64,000 nt of DNA, taken from positions 5,811,287 through 5,875,286 of the forward strand of contig OZ246979.1 of NCBI GenBank assembly GCA_965232545.1, read 5' to 3'. The notes beneath the pieces were generated by a model, which saw only the letters and a program-made list of their open reading frames with translations, was not told where the DNA came from and searched no databases. The stretch comes from Candidatus Poribacteria bacterium (GTDB taxonomy: Bacteria > Poribacteria > WGA-4E > WGA-3G). Every line of letters begins with the position of its first letter. Positions within the stretch are counted from its first letter, which is position 1. The translations under genes were made by a program, and so were the position numbers. Positions 9,561 through 19,335 of this stretch are shown piece after piece.

Positions 9561-10775
9561 ATGAAAATCGATGATGTTGAGTTGATCCAGCGCATCCTTG
9601 CCGGTGATGAGACCGCCTTTGCCAAGTTAATCAGAAAGTACGAACAACAGGTTCACACGCACGCATTGCGGAAAATAGGGGACTTCCACATTGCTGAGGA
9701 CATTACACAGGAGACCTTCCTGCAAGTCTATCAGCACTTGGAAACCCTAAACGATTCGACACAGTTTTCAAGATGGCTTTATCAGATCGTGAATCATCTG
9801 TGTATCGCATGGCACCGGAAAAATAGGCTACAGACCGAATCATTGGAAGAAATCCACGTTTCGGAAATAGAAACAGAACCGTGTTCCCGGTATGTCGCAT
9901 CGGAACGCGAGAAAGTATCTGCTGAAGCGCAGCGCGACCTCGTCAAAAAACTGCTTGCGGAGTTGAAGGAAAGTGACCGAGAGGTTATCACACTCCACTA
10001 CTTTGAAGAGATGACCTCTTCAGAGATAGGGACGTATTTAGGTGTATCTGAAAATACGATTAAGAGTCGGCTTCACCGTGCGCGACAGCAGTTAAAGAAG
10101 TATCAACTCATGATTCAAGAAGCATTAGACATTACAACTGAGGGGAAACACCGTTCCCAAACGCAGATGGAAGGAGAGATTAGCATGGCAGCAGAAATGA
10201 GAGATGAAGCCAAGACCGAAGCACGATTAAAAGAACTGCAGTGTCAGATTGCTAACCTGCAAGAGGAAATTAGGGTTATCGCAGCTGAATCGGGTGCTTT
10301 TCACCCTGATGACATGAAATTTCTTGATCCGGAAAAAAGTGTAGCTCTTAGGACGTTATGTCGTCTCCCCGATAGTGATGAAAGGGCGATCTCGTGGGGG
10401 TATGTCGGTGGCTATCGGACCGCTCCAGGCAAAATGACTGCCCGCGTTGCATTCTGGGGGGATAACATCGATAGTTTCCTAACGAGAGCACCGGACACTG
10501 GAATCGTGAACTTTGCAAGTCTCTTCACAAGTCCCACCATAGTCGCTGTTTTAAGGCAATTAGTGGACGGAAAGAAATCGGTCGCGGATCTGGCAAAAGG
10601 GTGTGGTATCTCAGAAGGTGAAATAGAGAAAGTCGTGCAGACATTAATGGAGGCAACGTTAGTGGCGCGCACAGAAGATAATCTCATTGAACCCAAAAAC
10701 GATGTCGTCTCCTTTTTCCTGAACTTCGTGAGTATGACAATCGTGCATCTTGGGCATATCAAATCTGAGAATTAA
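9561..10775 (+). CDS. ECF sigma-70 factor with C-terminal coiled-coil and winged-helix extension
   Basis: Region 2 (AEDITQETFLQVY...FSRWLY) and region 4 (EIGTYLGVSENTIKSRLHRAR); about 220 extra aa ending in an ArsR-like wHTH (VLRQLVDGKKSVADLAKGCGISEGEIEKVV). Confidence 0.85.
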   Translation: MKIDDVELIQRILAGDETAFAKLIRKYEQQVHTHALRKIGDFHIAEDITQETFLQVYQHLETLNDSTQFSRWLYQIVNHLCIAWHRKNRLQTESLEEIHVSEIETEPCSRYVASEREKVSAEAQRDLVKKLLAELKESDREVITLHYFEEMTSSEIGTYLGVSENTIKSRLHRARQQLKKYQLMIQEALDITTEGKHRSQTQMEGEISMAAEMRDEAKTEARLKELQCQIANLQEEIRVIAAESGAFHPDDMKFLDPEKSVALRTLCRLPDSDERAISWGYVGGYRTAPGKMTARVAFWGDNIDSFLTRAPDTGIVNFASLFTSPTIVAVLRQLVDGKKSVADLAKGCGISEGEIEKVVQTLMEATLVARTEDNLIEPKNDVVSFFLNFVSMTIVHLGHIKSEN

Positions 10776-10873
10776 GCTTGGTTCTCGCTGGCGAGGGTCT
10801 TAGAAAAACCAAGAGGCGGTTCTTTCTAACCTTCGCCACCGCAATGCCATATTTTAGGCAAGCCTTTTGACAA

Positions 10874-11004
10874 ATATAGTAAAATCCGAAAATAAGTTTA
10901 CATTTTGGGAAACCCGCGCCCTGCTTCCTGCCCGCTGTAGGAGGGAACTCCGATTCCCGACTCTTCTCCTATGGGTGTATAAGTAATTACAGGTTCTACT
11001 ATAT
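10874..11004. mobile_element. MITE-like element containing a family A REP
   Basis: atatagtaaaa...ttctactatat inverted ends (10/11 match); GTAGGAGGGAACTCCGATTCCCGACTCTT at 10937-10965. Confidence 0.45.
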
Positions 11005-11033
11005 TTTCTTTCAAACCTACTTTTCCAAAATTA

Positions 11034-11073
11034 TGCACCCTTTTCTTTCAATTCGCGTCATTATATAGTGAAG
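11034..11073 (+). promoter_or_regulatory. ECF-type promoter (copy 2)
   Basis: TGCACC-14 nt-CGCGTCATTATATAGTGAAG. Confidence 0.65.
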
Positions 11074-11175
11074 CGAATCAATAGAATGTCTCTTTGTGTG
11101 CTGTAAGTGCATCTATCAGCGAAAGGTGCAATTGCAGAGACCCCTTGGTAAAAGTAGTCTTTCTGGAGATGTCCA

Positions 11176-11652
11176 ATGAGAGATGACGACGTTGCATTGA
11201 TCCAGCGTATTCTTGCAGGTGATGAGAATGCTTTTGAAAGCTTGGTCAGAAAGTACCAAAAGCAGGTTCACGCGCTCGCATTTCGGAAAGTAGGCAATTT
11301 TCAAACTGCCGAGGACATTACACAGGAGACTTTCCTGCGAGTCTATCAGAAACTCGCAACGCTAAACGACCCAACAAAGTTTTCAGGGTGGCTATATGCG
11401 ATTGTGAATCATCTGTGTATCGCATGGCACCGAAAAAATCGACTACAGACCGAATCGCTGGAAGAAATCCATATTTCGGAAATAGAGGCAGATGTGTATT
11501 CTCGATATGTCGCATCTGAACACGCAAAAATGACTGCTGAGGCGCAACCTGACTTGGTCAGAAAGCTGCTTACCAAGTTGAAGGAAAACGATCGAGAGGT
11601 TATCACACTGCACTACTTTGAAGAAATGACATCTTCAGAGATAGGGACGTAA
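11176..11652 (+). pseudogene. truncated paralog of the upstream ECF sigma factor
   Basis: Close paralog of the 9561 gene over 158 aa; similarity ends at SSEIGT* inside the region 4 HTH. Confidence 0.8.
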
Positions 11653-11697
11653 GAAGGTCTAAGTAATTCTAAAATCTACCATAAAAGGAATCGCTCA

Positions 11698-13209
11698 ATG
11701 TTCTTGGTACTCCTCAAACGAGAGATTCTCGCCCATCTGATAACATTTCGCTTTGTAGTCGCGGTGATTACCTGCTTGCTTCTCGTCGTCATAACCACGC
11801 TTATCAGAATCGACGATTACGAGAAACGATTGGCGGGTTACAATACCGCCAGAAATGCCAATCGTGAAGAACTTTTGTCCACCCGAACCTATTCCCTTTT
11901 AATGCCAAAGGTCGATCGACCGCCTAATCCACTGAGCATCTTTAATGCCGGTATGGACAACCGACTCGGTAATACGTTGCGAATCTATTACACAAATGTT
12001 CCTGTCCTCTGGGACGCTCAAACCCACAGTTCAGGGAACATTTTCATCGATCACTTCTATCGAATTGACCTCATCTTCATTTTTCAGTTTGTGCTTTCAC
12101 TGCTGGCACTGCTGTTCGCCTACGATGCAATTGCAGGCGAACGTGAAACGGGCACAATGCGCCTGACAATGAGCCATTCTGTAAGGCGTGGAAGCATCTT
12201 GACAGCGAAGTACCTCGGTGCGATGACGTGTCTAATTCTGCCGCTTATCATGAGTTTTATCATCGCTTTGATTTGGATAGTCTCAATTGGTTCAATCGTC
12301 TTCAGTGGAGAAGATTTTCTACGAATCGCAGGCATTCTGCTAACTTCGATTATCTATCTTTCCGCTATCTACTTGGTTGGATTGTTTATCTCTACTTCGG
12401 TGCACCGCACCGCCACAGCACTCATGATTTCTCTGTTTGTCTGGGTGGTACTGGTGTTGGTTTATCCTTCTCTTAGCGTGTCTGTGGTTGATCAACTGAT
12501 AAAACCCCAAGGGAGTAGGATAGATTCCAGTTACGATGCGATGCGGCAAATACGACTGGCAGTCAATAAAGAAGAGGTGGAATATCTTAACAACGATCAA
12601 ATCGAAGGCGAAAGTGATCGCTTTAACTTGGATGGGGCTCTTACACGTGGATTACATGTCGGTATCGGTAACAAACGGACACTGATGCGTATAGACTTCA
12701 AAGGGTATGATTGGCAACACATCAGTTCGGAATCTGAAAAATTCATTCCTCACGCCATTCGCTATCATCAATTCTTAACACCCTTATGCCTTGATGCAGC
12801 AGAGAAAATGGGATTGATACGCCTGCCTACACTGGAGCAACTCCGGTTTCGGAGAGCCAGAATCGCTCGGAACCTACTTCGCCTTTCACCCGCGGCGATG
12901 TATAATCTCGCAACACAAGCATGGGCAGGAACAGACCTCTACGGAGTTGAGGATTTTTTTCAGACAGCACGCCAATATCGACGGACGCTGGTCAATTACT
13001 TCTACGATAAAGATGCCTTTTCAAGCAGACAATGGTTCGCCAGTGATAAGGGAGCAATTGATTTAGACGATCTCCCAAGATTTGTCTACCAGCGTGCCGA
13101 TCTCTGGACAAACGCTTCACGGGCACTTCCCGACCTGCAGCTACTACTACTGCTCAACGTTGCATTGTTCCTGTTAACATTCGCAATCTTCGTCAGACAA
13201 GAGATTTAG
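11698..13209 (+). CDS. ABC-2 type transporter permease with large extracytoplasmic domain
   Basis: LKREILAH N-terminus, YDAIAGERETGTMRL, KYLG, multiple TM helices, C-terminal FVRQEI. Confidence 0.8.
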   Translation: MFLVLLKREILAHLITFRFVVAVITCLLLVVITTLIRIDDYEKRLAGYNTARNANREELLSTRTYSLLMPKVDRPPNPLSIFNAGMDNRLGNTLRIYYTNVPVLWDAQTHSSGNIFIDHFYRIDLIFIFQFVLSLLALLFAYDAIAGERETGTMRLTMSHSVRRGSILTAKYLGAMTCLILPLIMSFIIALIWIVSIGSIVFSGEDFLRIAGILLTSIIYLSAIYLVGLFISTSVHRTATALMISLFVWVVLVLVYPSLSVSVVDQLIKPQGSRIDSSYDAMRQIRLAVNKEEVEYLNNDQIEGESDRFNLDGALTRGLHVGIGNKRTLMRIDFKGYDWQHISSESEKFIPHAIRYHQFLTPLCLDAAEKMGLIRLPTLEQLRFRRARIARNLLRLSPAAMYNLATQAWAGTDLYGVEDFFQTARQYRRTLVNYFYDKDAFSSRQWFASDKGAIDLDDLPRFVYQRADLWTNASRALPDLQLLLLLNVALFLLTFAIFVRQEI

Positions 13210-13242
13210 ACTTTGCTCGCGGACTTCCAACGGAGATAGAAG

Positions 13243-14715
13243 ATGATTTTTCATATCGTTAAACGTGAACTCTACGATCATTTGAGTAGCCTCCGTTTCG
13301 CGCTGACAACCTTATTAATTCTAATACTGATGATTGTCAACGCTATCGTGTATCTCGGAGAATACAAGCAGCGAATGGGTGAATATCAAAAGCAGGTGGC
13401 TCGGTCACGTAACGAGTTGAAATCTCGGGGATCGAGCTTGTATCGTTTGACGTTAAGGGGGCCTGGTCACCTCTACAAAAAACCGAGTCCTTTGGCTTTT
13501 TGTGCGGACGGCAGAGAAAAAGTCTTACTTGGCGAAGTCCGCGGCAACACTGCGGGACGGACACGTCGGTGGCGAAGTGGTGATACTTCCTACAAGTTCA
13601 CAGAAACCTGGGGGTTAGTATATCCCCCCAATACCGATCTACTGTTTATTTCAGAGCAGATACCAACGGAAAGAAGTATCATGCCAGCTTATATCAAAAT
13701 CGATTGGGGATTTGTGACAGCAGTGCTATTGAGTTTCATGGGTATCCTATTTACGTTCGATTCGATCTCCGGTGAGCAGGAACGAGGCACACTACGGTTG
13801 ATGCTGGCGAACAGTATTTCACGAAACACCGTGATTTGCGGCAAATTTTTGGGTGCATTTTTTACGATCGCTCTTCCATTTTTGATCGGAGTGATCGTCA
13901 GTACCTCTATCATTTACCTTTCCGCAGTCATTCAATTCAACAACAGCCATTGGATGAGGTTGGGTTCCATTGTTTGTGTCGCGCTAACCTATACCTCAAT
14001 TTTTATTCTGTTGGGACTCCTCGTTTCCAGTTGTGTTAAAGAATCCTCAACGAGTCTCGCAATTCTTTTGTTGGTTTGGACAGTTTGGGTGGTGCTAATG
14101 CCAAACGCGCTGGGTTCCCTCGGGAACCGTTTGCAGCCCCGTCCCACTCCCAAAGAATTTATGGCTCAGGTTCAAGATTCGCGCGAAGATTTGCAGACAC
14201 GCTACTTTGCGAGGATTAAAGAACCACCCCGGCAAGAGATCCCAGCGACAATCGCAACAGCGTTAGGCGCGGAATATGTTAATAAAGACGCTGAGCTACG
14301 CGATCGCTTGTGCTCGGATTACCTTTTTGCCGAACTCCGTCAAATCCAAATTGCTCGCTCCCTTACCCGTATTTCACCAGCAGCGGTTGTGCAGTACGCT
14401 TTTGAAGGGCTTGCAGGCACCGGTTTTTCTCGCCATTTAGACTTCATCTCCCAAACACGTCAATACGCGAAGCAGTTTCGACAATTCCTCATTGATACCG
14501 ATCGGTCAGATCCAGACAGTCCACACACAGTCGGTATTCCAGAGGGCACATCCCAAAAACCGGTGAACTTTGATGCCGTCCCGAAATTTGAGGATCAACA
14601 CCGCTTTGGTACAGATCTTAATGCCGCAATTATCGACTTACTGTTGCTAATTATGTTTCTGTTGGTGTTGTTTGTCAGCACATTTCTCTCTTTTCTGCGC
14701 ATGGAGATTGGGTGA
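13243..14715 (+). CDS. ABC-2 type transporter permease (paralog)
   Basis: VKRELYDH, FDSISGEQERGTLRL, GKFLG, C-terminal FLRMEI. Confidence 0.8.
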   Translation: MIFHIVKRELYDHLSSLRFALTTLLILILMIVNAIVYLGEYKQRMGEYQKQVARSRNELKSRGSSLYRLTLRGPGHLYKKPSPLAFCADGREKVLLGEVRGNTAGRTRRWRSGDTSYKFTETWGLVYPPNTDLLFISEQIPTERSIMPAYIKIDWGFVTAVLLSFMGILFTFDSISGEQERGTLRLMLANSISRNTVICGKFLGAFFTIALPFLIGVIVSTSIIYLSAVIQFNNSHWMRLGSIVCVALTYTSIFILLGLLVSSCVKESSTSLAILLLVWTVWVVLMPNALGSLGNRLQPRPTPKEFMAQVQDSREDLQTRYFARIKEPPRQEIPATIATALGAEYVNKDAELRDRLCSDYLFAELRQIQIARSLTRISPAAVVQYAFEGLAGTGFSRHLDFISQTRQYAKQFRQFLIDTDRSDPDSPHTVGIPEGTSQKPVNFDAVPKFEDQHRFGTDLNAAIIDLLLLIMFLLVLFVSTFLSFLRMEIG

Positions 14716-14781
14716 TTTACAAACACGCTCATACTACTGAAAATTGATAAATTGGCCTACCACAAACAGTCATTCCTTGAT

Positions 14782-14892
14782 TTGACTTCCCTTCCCAAAT
14801 GTGTTACTATTTTAACAATTGACTACAGCGACGCACGGCTCGGAAGGTTTTCTGTGTGTCTTGTAATATCGGTATAATGTGTTTTAACACAT
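14782..14892 (+). promoter_or_regulatory. promoter and palindromic operator of the toxin-antitoxin operon
   Basis: TTGACT-17-TACTAT with TG extension (14782-14810); second TATAAT 14873-14878 overlapped by ATGTGTT-TT-AACACAT (14877-14892). Confidence 0.55.
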
Positions 14893-14904
14893 AAAAGGTT
14901 GGGA

Positions 14905-15243
14905 ATGCGGAACACAGCACCCAGAAAACTACAAGTCTATCGGGACCAAAACGGACGACAACCCTTCACAGAATGGTTTTATGCAATTCAAGATATAAAA
15001 ACTCGAACGAGAATTCGCAAACGACTGGACCGGCTTGAAGATGGGAATTTTGGCAACTGCAAATCTGTTGGTAACGGTGTCTTTGAGCTACTTCTCCACT
15101 TTGGTCCAGGCTATCGCATCTATTTTGCGCAGAGCGATAACACGCTCGTTCTTTTGCTCTGTGGTGGTGACAAATCATCGCAGAAACAAGACATTGCGCG
15201 GGCAAAGAACTATTGGTTGCAATATAAGGAGACACAACGATGA
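14905..15243 (+). CDS. RelE/HigB-like addiction module killer toxin
   Basis: RIRKRLDRLEDGNFGNCKSVGNGVFEL, HFGPGYRIYF, LLCGGDKSSQKQDI. Confidence 0.85.
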   Translation: MRNTAPRKLQVYRDQNGRQPFTEWFYAIQDIKTRTRIRKRLDRLEDGNFGNCKSVGNGVFELLLHFGPGYRIYFAQSDNTLVLLLCGGDKSSQKQDIARAKNYWLQYKETQR

Positions 15244-15638
15244 CAGAACTCAGAACATGGCGCGAGGTCTTAATAGCAGATCTCGCTGCTAATCGAGCTG
15301 AAGCAATCGACTATTTTGATTTGTCACTGCAGGAATACCAACTTGACGGTGACACGCCTTTCTTTCTCAAAGGACTCCGCAACATTATAGAGGCACTCGG
15401 TGGTGTCCCCGAAATTGCAAAACAAACGGGGACGGAGCCGGAAAACCTCCTTGAAGTACTATCCAGCGATGAGCCACCTCGCCTTGATACGCTCCACATT
15501 CTTGCTAACGCACTGGGGGGTCGGCTGTCAATCGAACCGCTGGAGGCTGGAAATCCGAGCCATCAAGTTAAGGATAAGGATTATCCGGCTGCGTCCCGAG
15601 AGTCTGAACGTCCCCCTCTTGAAATTGCTACCGACTGA
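15240..15638 (+). CDS. HigA-like addiction module antidote (HTH)
   Basis: ATGA overlap with the toxin; GGVPEIAKQTG...PRLDTLHILANALG HTH. Confidence 0.8.
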   Translation: MTELRTWREVLIADLAANRAEAIDYFDLSLQEYQLDGDTPFFLKGLRNIIEALGGVPEIAKQTGTEPENLLEVLSSDEPPRLDTLHILANALGGRLSIEPLEAGNPSHQVKDKDYPAASRESERPPLEIATD

Positions 15639-15763
15639 GGACAAACAGAGACGCGATAAGAATAGTGAACCATTGACGATTGATGCTTTTTTCGTGATGC
15701 TCAATAAAAAATTCAAGAAGGTATAACCCTGTACAGATAAACCCCTCAACGTTCAAAGCAACT

Positions 15764-16558
15764 ATGCCGATACCAAATTTCCCCGACAAACATAAATCTC
15801 GCCCTATCGTCACGCCACAGCAACACGTCGCGTACTTCCGTCAGCAAGGTTTCATCCCCGATTTCCCGATTCCTGAGAGTGTCATTTTCTGTTATGAAGG
15901 GAATCTTCTGGATCGTATTACCCGCGTTGAAAGTGTGGAGCAGGTTCATGGGGTAGGCGGAGGCTTCTATCTGCTGACCGAAACCGGTAATCGGGTGGCA
16001 GTTAGCGGCAATAACGGCATCGGTGCGCCGGGTGTGTCAATGATCCTTGAACTTCTGATAGAGTTGGGTGTTAAACGGTTTATCAACGTCGGAATCGCCG
16101 GTGGATTACAAAAGACCGCTCGTATTGGCGATGTCGTCGTTGGCACCAGTGCCATTCGCGATGAGGGCGTTTCATACCACTACTTGAAAGACCCTTCGGT
16201 ACCCGCTTTGCCGTCCGAAAAACTGACAGCCGCTCTTAGGCAAACTCTCGAACGGGAAGGTATACATTACACGCAGGGACCGACATGGACAACCGATGCT
16301 TATTTTCGTGAAACAGTTGGAGAAATTCAGCACTATCAACAGGAAGGGGTTGTTACGGTTGAAATGGAAGCCGCCGCCTTATTCGCCATCAGTACACTGC
16401 GCGGCGTGGACATGGCATCAGGATTCGTCATCAGCGACTTGGTAGCAGAATTGGCGTGGCATCCACAGATCCTCGCCCAAGAAACACATGAGAGTCTTTT
16501 TCGCTTATATCAGGCAGCACGTACAGTTTTAGACGAAACAAATGAAAACCAACACTAA
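15764..16558 (+). CDS. nucleoside phosphorylase (PNP/UDP family 1)
   Basis: GIGAPG, GIAGGL, AIRDEGVSYHY, WTTDAYFRET, VEMEAAAL. Confidence 0.85.
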   Translation: MPIPNFPDKHKSRPIVTPQQHVAYFRQQGFIPDFPIPESVIFCYEGNLLDRITRVESVEQVHGVGGGFYLLTETGNRVAVSGNNGIGAPGVSMILELLIELGVKRFINVGIAGGLQKTARIGDVVVGTSAIRDEGVSYHYLKDPSVPALPSEKLTAALRQTLEREGIHYTQGPTWTTDAYFRETVGEIQHYQQEGVVTVEMEAAALFAISTLRGVDMASGFVISDLVAELAWHPQILAQETHESLFRLYQAARTVLDETNENQH

Positions 16559-16685
16559 GGGAAAGTTTGATATAGCATCAAAACCCAAGCTCGTAATGAA
16601 GTGGAGAGCGACTCGAACACAAGAACCTTCAAGTAGCGTTAACCGCTACTTATTCGCAAGGTAAAATTAAAAAAAGGAAAGGCAA

Positions 16686-17507
16686 ATGCCAATACTGACA
16701 CAGGCACACCGAGAACACTTTGATGAATACGGCTACATGGTCATCGAAAATGCTGTCCCGACTGAACTTTGCAATGCTGTTGTTGACGCGATCTTTGCGT
16801 TCTTAGAGATGGACCCTTCAGACCCAAACGGTTGGTACCGCGCACCTCATAAACCCGGAGCAGGCATGGTGGAAATGTACCAACACCAAGCCATGTGGAA
16901 CGTCTACCAGCATCCACCGATCCATCGAATCTATACAGAGGTCTACGGCACCGAACGGATCTGGGTGCATCCTGACCGAGTCAACATGAAACCCCCTAAA
17001 CACCCCGACTACCCTGAATGGGATCATAAGGGGATGTACCACTGGGATGCGGACACCTCCAAATTACCCATTAATTTCGGCACACAGGGGGTACTATTTC
17101 TGGCTGACACGACTGACAATCAGGGGTCTTTTGTGTGTTGGCCCGGCGCACATAAGTCGCTAATTGACAAAGAGAACCCGTGGGTGCCAGAGATTTCGCC
17201 GGAACATTTCATTCAAGTACCTGCGAAGGCGGGTTCATTGCTCGTATGGCATAAAGCCCTTCCACACGGCAACGGTCGCAATACTTCCGACAAGCCGCGA
17301 CTCGCGCAATACATGAACTTCTACCCAGTCCCCGACCCAATCGATGAAGAACGACGGCAAGAACGCATCACCTTGTGGCGCGAACGAAGAGCATTGGGGC
17401 GAGGTCCCTATCCAGGCGACCCACGAGGGTGGGAAGCGAAAAATTATGGACCCGCAGAACTGACACCCTTGGGACGAAAACTCCTGGGACTCGATTTGTG
17501 GGACTAA
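16686..17507 (+). CDS. phytanoyl-CoA dioxygenase (PhyH) family Fe(II)/2OG enzyme
   Basis: HFDEYGYMVIENA, HWD (HxD) and distal HGNG...R. Confidence 0.8.
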   Translation: MPILTQAHREHFDEYGYMVIENAVPTELCNAVVDAIFAFLEMDPSDPNGWYRAPHKPGAGMVEMYQHQAMWNVYQHPPIHRIYTEVYGTERIWVHPDRVNMKPPKHPDYPEWDHKGMYHWDADTSKLPINFGTQGVLFLADTTDNQGSFVCWPGAHKSLIDKENPWVPEISPEHFIQVPAKAGSLLVWHKALPHGNGRNTSDKPRLAQYMNFYPVPDPIDEERRQERITLWRERRALGRGPYPGDPRGWEAKNYGPAELTPLGRKLLGLDLWD

Positions 17508-18304
17508 TATTTCTTAAGCATCCCCCAACTCGTGGCTAACTTCCCTTGCGGATCTACACCGAGTGCCGCTTGCAACCCATTGTCCATGATTGCCTTAATC
17601 TGATCTTCAGTCAAATCCACGTTGAAAATAGCAACCTCATCGAAAAGACCAAACATAAACTGATGGTGTGCAAGGAAGTCACCCATGTTAACTTCCTGAT
17701 CCTTAGCATTCGTGTCCATCGCTTGATCGGTGCCTTCCTTTGATTGGAGTTTACCATCAACGTAGAGATCGTGGTCCTTTACAGCGTCTGAACCTTTGGG
17801 AAAAACCACGGCCATGTGATGCCACTCCTTATCACACACATTATCTTCTCCGTAATTTTGGCCTCCAGCAACTTCAATCCTTAAATTGCACTCCGCGCCC
17901 CGTAGATGCGCACGGACGTAGTATTTTTCGCCCGTCAGGTTTGGTCCCCATTTCACCCATGAATGCTCTCGTGTATCCCCGGCTTTAAACCAGAAGACCG
18001 TCGTTCTCGGATCTGTGCCACCAATGCCAGCGTAGCCGGTAACAATCAAATTGTCATCTTTGCCATCATAGTCCAGACACTGTCCGAACACACCCTTGGT
18101 ATATTTCGCCCCAGATATCTCCCCGTCTCGATCGTTTCCAGAAATATCCTTGGCGACGGCACCTTTCCCCTCGTCAAAGAGGTAGGCGACCTCAACTGTC
18201 TTCGGATCAAGGACAGCGGTATGGCTGATACTCGTAACCAATAATCCGAAAGCGATAACAATCGACCAAAGCAGTGCAAAACTGATTCGACTTCCAAATT
18301 TCAT
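17504..18304 (-). CDS. secreted LamG-like jellyroll protein with C-terminal GKLxxSWG motif
   Basis: Signal peptide; AYLFDEG, WHHMAVV, LYVDG, GLFDEVAIFN; ends VDPQGKLATSWGMLKKY. Confidence 0.8.
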   Translation of the reverse strand: MKFGSRISFALLWSIVIAFGLLVTSISHTAVLDPKTVEVAYLFDEGKGAVAKDISGNDRDGEISGAKYTKGVFGQCLDYDGKDDNLIVTGYAGIGGTDPRTTVFWFKAGDTREHSWVKWGPNLTGEKYYVRAHLRGAECNLRIEVAGGQNYGEDNVCDKEWHHMAVVFPKGSDAVKDHDLYVDGKLQSKEGTDQAMDTNAKDQEVNMGDFLAHHQFMFGLFDEVAIFNVDLTEDQIKAIMDNGLQAALGVDPQGKLATSWGMLKKY

Positions 18305-18538
18305 ATTTTCCTCCTGTGTCAAAATACGATTCAGATTTCAGACCTAAATCCTATTATTTCAGTGTAGGATGTAGCGTCGCTTGGGTATATCAGCCTATGG
18401 TTTTCTAAAAAGTAGATTGTAACAAAATCTCGCAAAATAGACAAGAAAAAACAGTGATAGCCAGAGTCATTCAATACACCTAATACGCCTTGCATATCTT
18501 AAAAAAAATGACCAAGACAAAAATTTTTGAAAAAAAAT

Positions 18539-18599
18539 TTGACAAAGGGGGAAACGTGTGATATAATATTTACACCGTTAAGTTAGATTACTATGTAAA
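18539..18599 (+). promoter_or_regulatory. consensus sigma70 promoter followed by two TetR-type operator boxes
   Basis: TTGACA(18539)-17-TATAAT(18562) with TG extension; TTTACACCGTTAA (18569-18581) and ATTACTATGTAAA (18587-18599). Confidence 0.75.
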
Positions 18600-18622
18600 T
18601 CATGTAGACAAAGGTTAAAGCA

Positions 18623-19228
18623 ATGGGTACTAAAGAGCGAAGAGCAAGAGAAAAAGAACAGTTACGACGGCAAATCCTCGTCGCGGCACGAGAACTGTTT
18701 GTCAATGACGGTTATGAAAACGTCTCTATGCGGAAGATTGCCAACAAGATCGAATACTCACCAACGACGATCTATCTCTATTTCAAGGACAAGGCAGATC
18801 TTTTAGACTCGGTTTGCAAAGAAACACTTCTGAACCTGTTGAACACGCTTGAGCAACTAAAAAATGATAAAAGCGACCCCGTTGAGACCCTCAGAAAAAG
18901 TGGGCAAGCTTATGTTGAGTTCGGTCTCAAATATCCACAAGATTACAAACTGACGTTTGTCATCCGACCCCAGTTCCAAGAGGGGTTAGGTCTCCAAGAG
19001 GGATCGGTTGGTGAAAAGGTATTCAATTACTTGCGTGAAATGGTGTCTGAATGCGTTCGACAGAAGATATTCCGACAGGTGGATATCGAAACCACCGGTC
19101 AGGTGATGTGGTCAGCGGTTCATGGTGTCACACTGCTCCTGATTGATTTTCCTGACTTCCCTTGGACTGAAAAAGACGAGTTGATTGATACGGTAATTCA
19201 GACAACGATTGAGGGATTGAAGGCATAG
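18623..19228 (+). CDS. TetR/AcrR family regulator with WHG-type C-terminal domain
   Basis: ILVAARELF...GYENVSMRKIANKIEYSPTTIYLYFKDK; WSAVHG. Confidence 0.9.
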   Translation: MGTKERRAREKEQLRRQILVAARELFVNDGYENVSMRKIANKIEYSPTTIYLYFKDKADLLDSVCKETLLNLLNTLEQLKNDKSDPVETLRKSGQAYVEFGLKYPQDYKLTFVIRPQFQEGLGLQEGSVGEKVFNYLREMVSECVRQKIFRQVDIETTGQVMWSAVHGVTLLLIDFPDFPWTEKDELIDTVIQTTIEGLKA

Positions 19229-19274
19229 ATTTAAAACTATTTGGCGAAGGTCGCCATATTTTTTTGGCTATAAG

Positions 19275-19305
19275 TTAACACTGTTAAATTATTTACCTAT
19301 GTTAA
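19275..19305 (+). promoter_or_regulatory. TetR-type operator pair upstream of FG-GAP gene 1
   Basis: Perfect palindrome TTAACACTGTTAA plus TTACCTATGTTAA. Confidence 0.65.
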
Positions 19306-19335
19306 TATCTTATAAAACTCGAATGGAGAAAAAAA

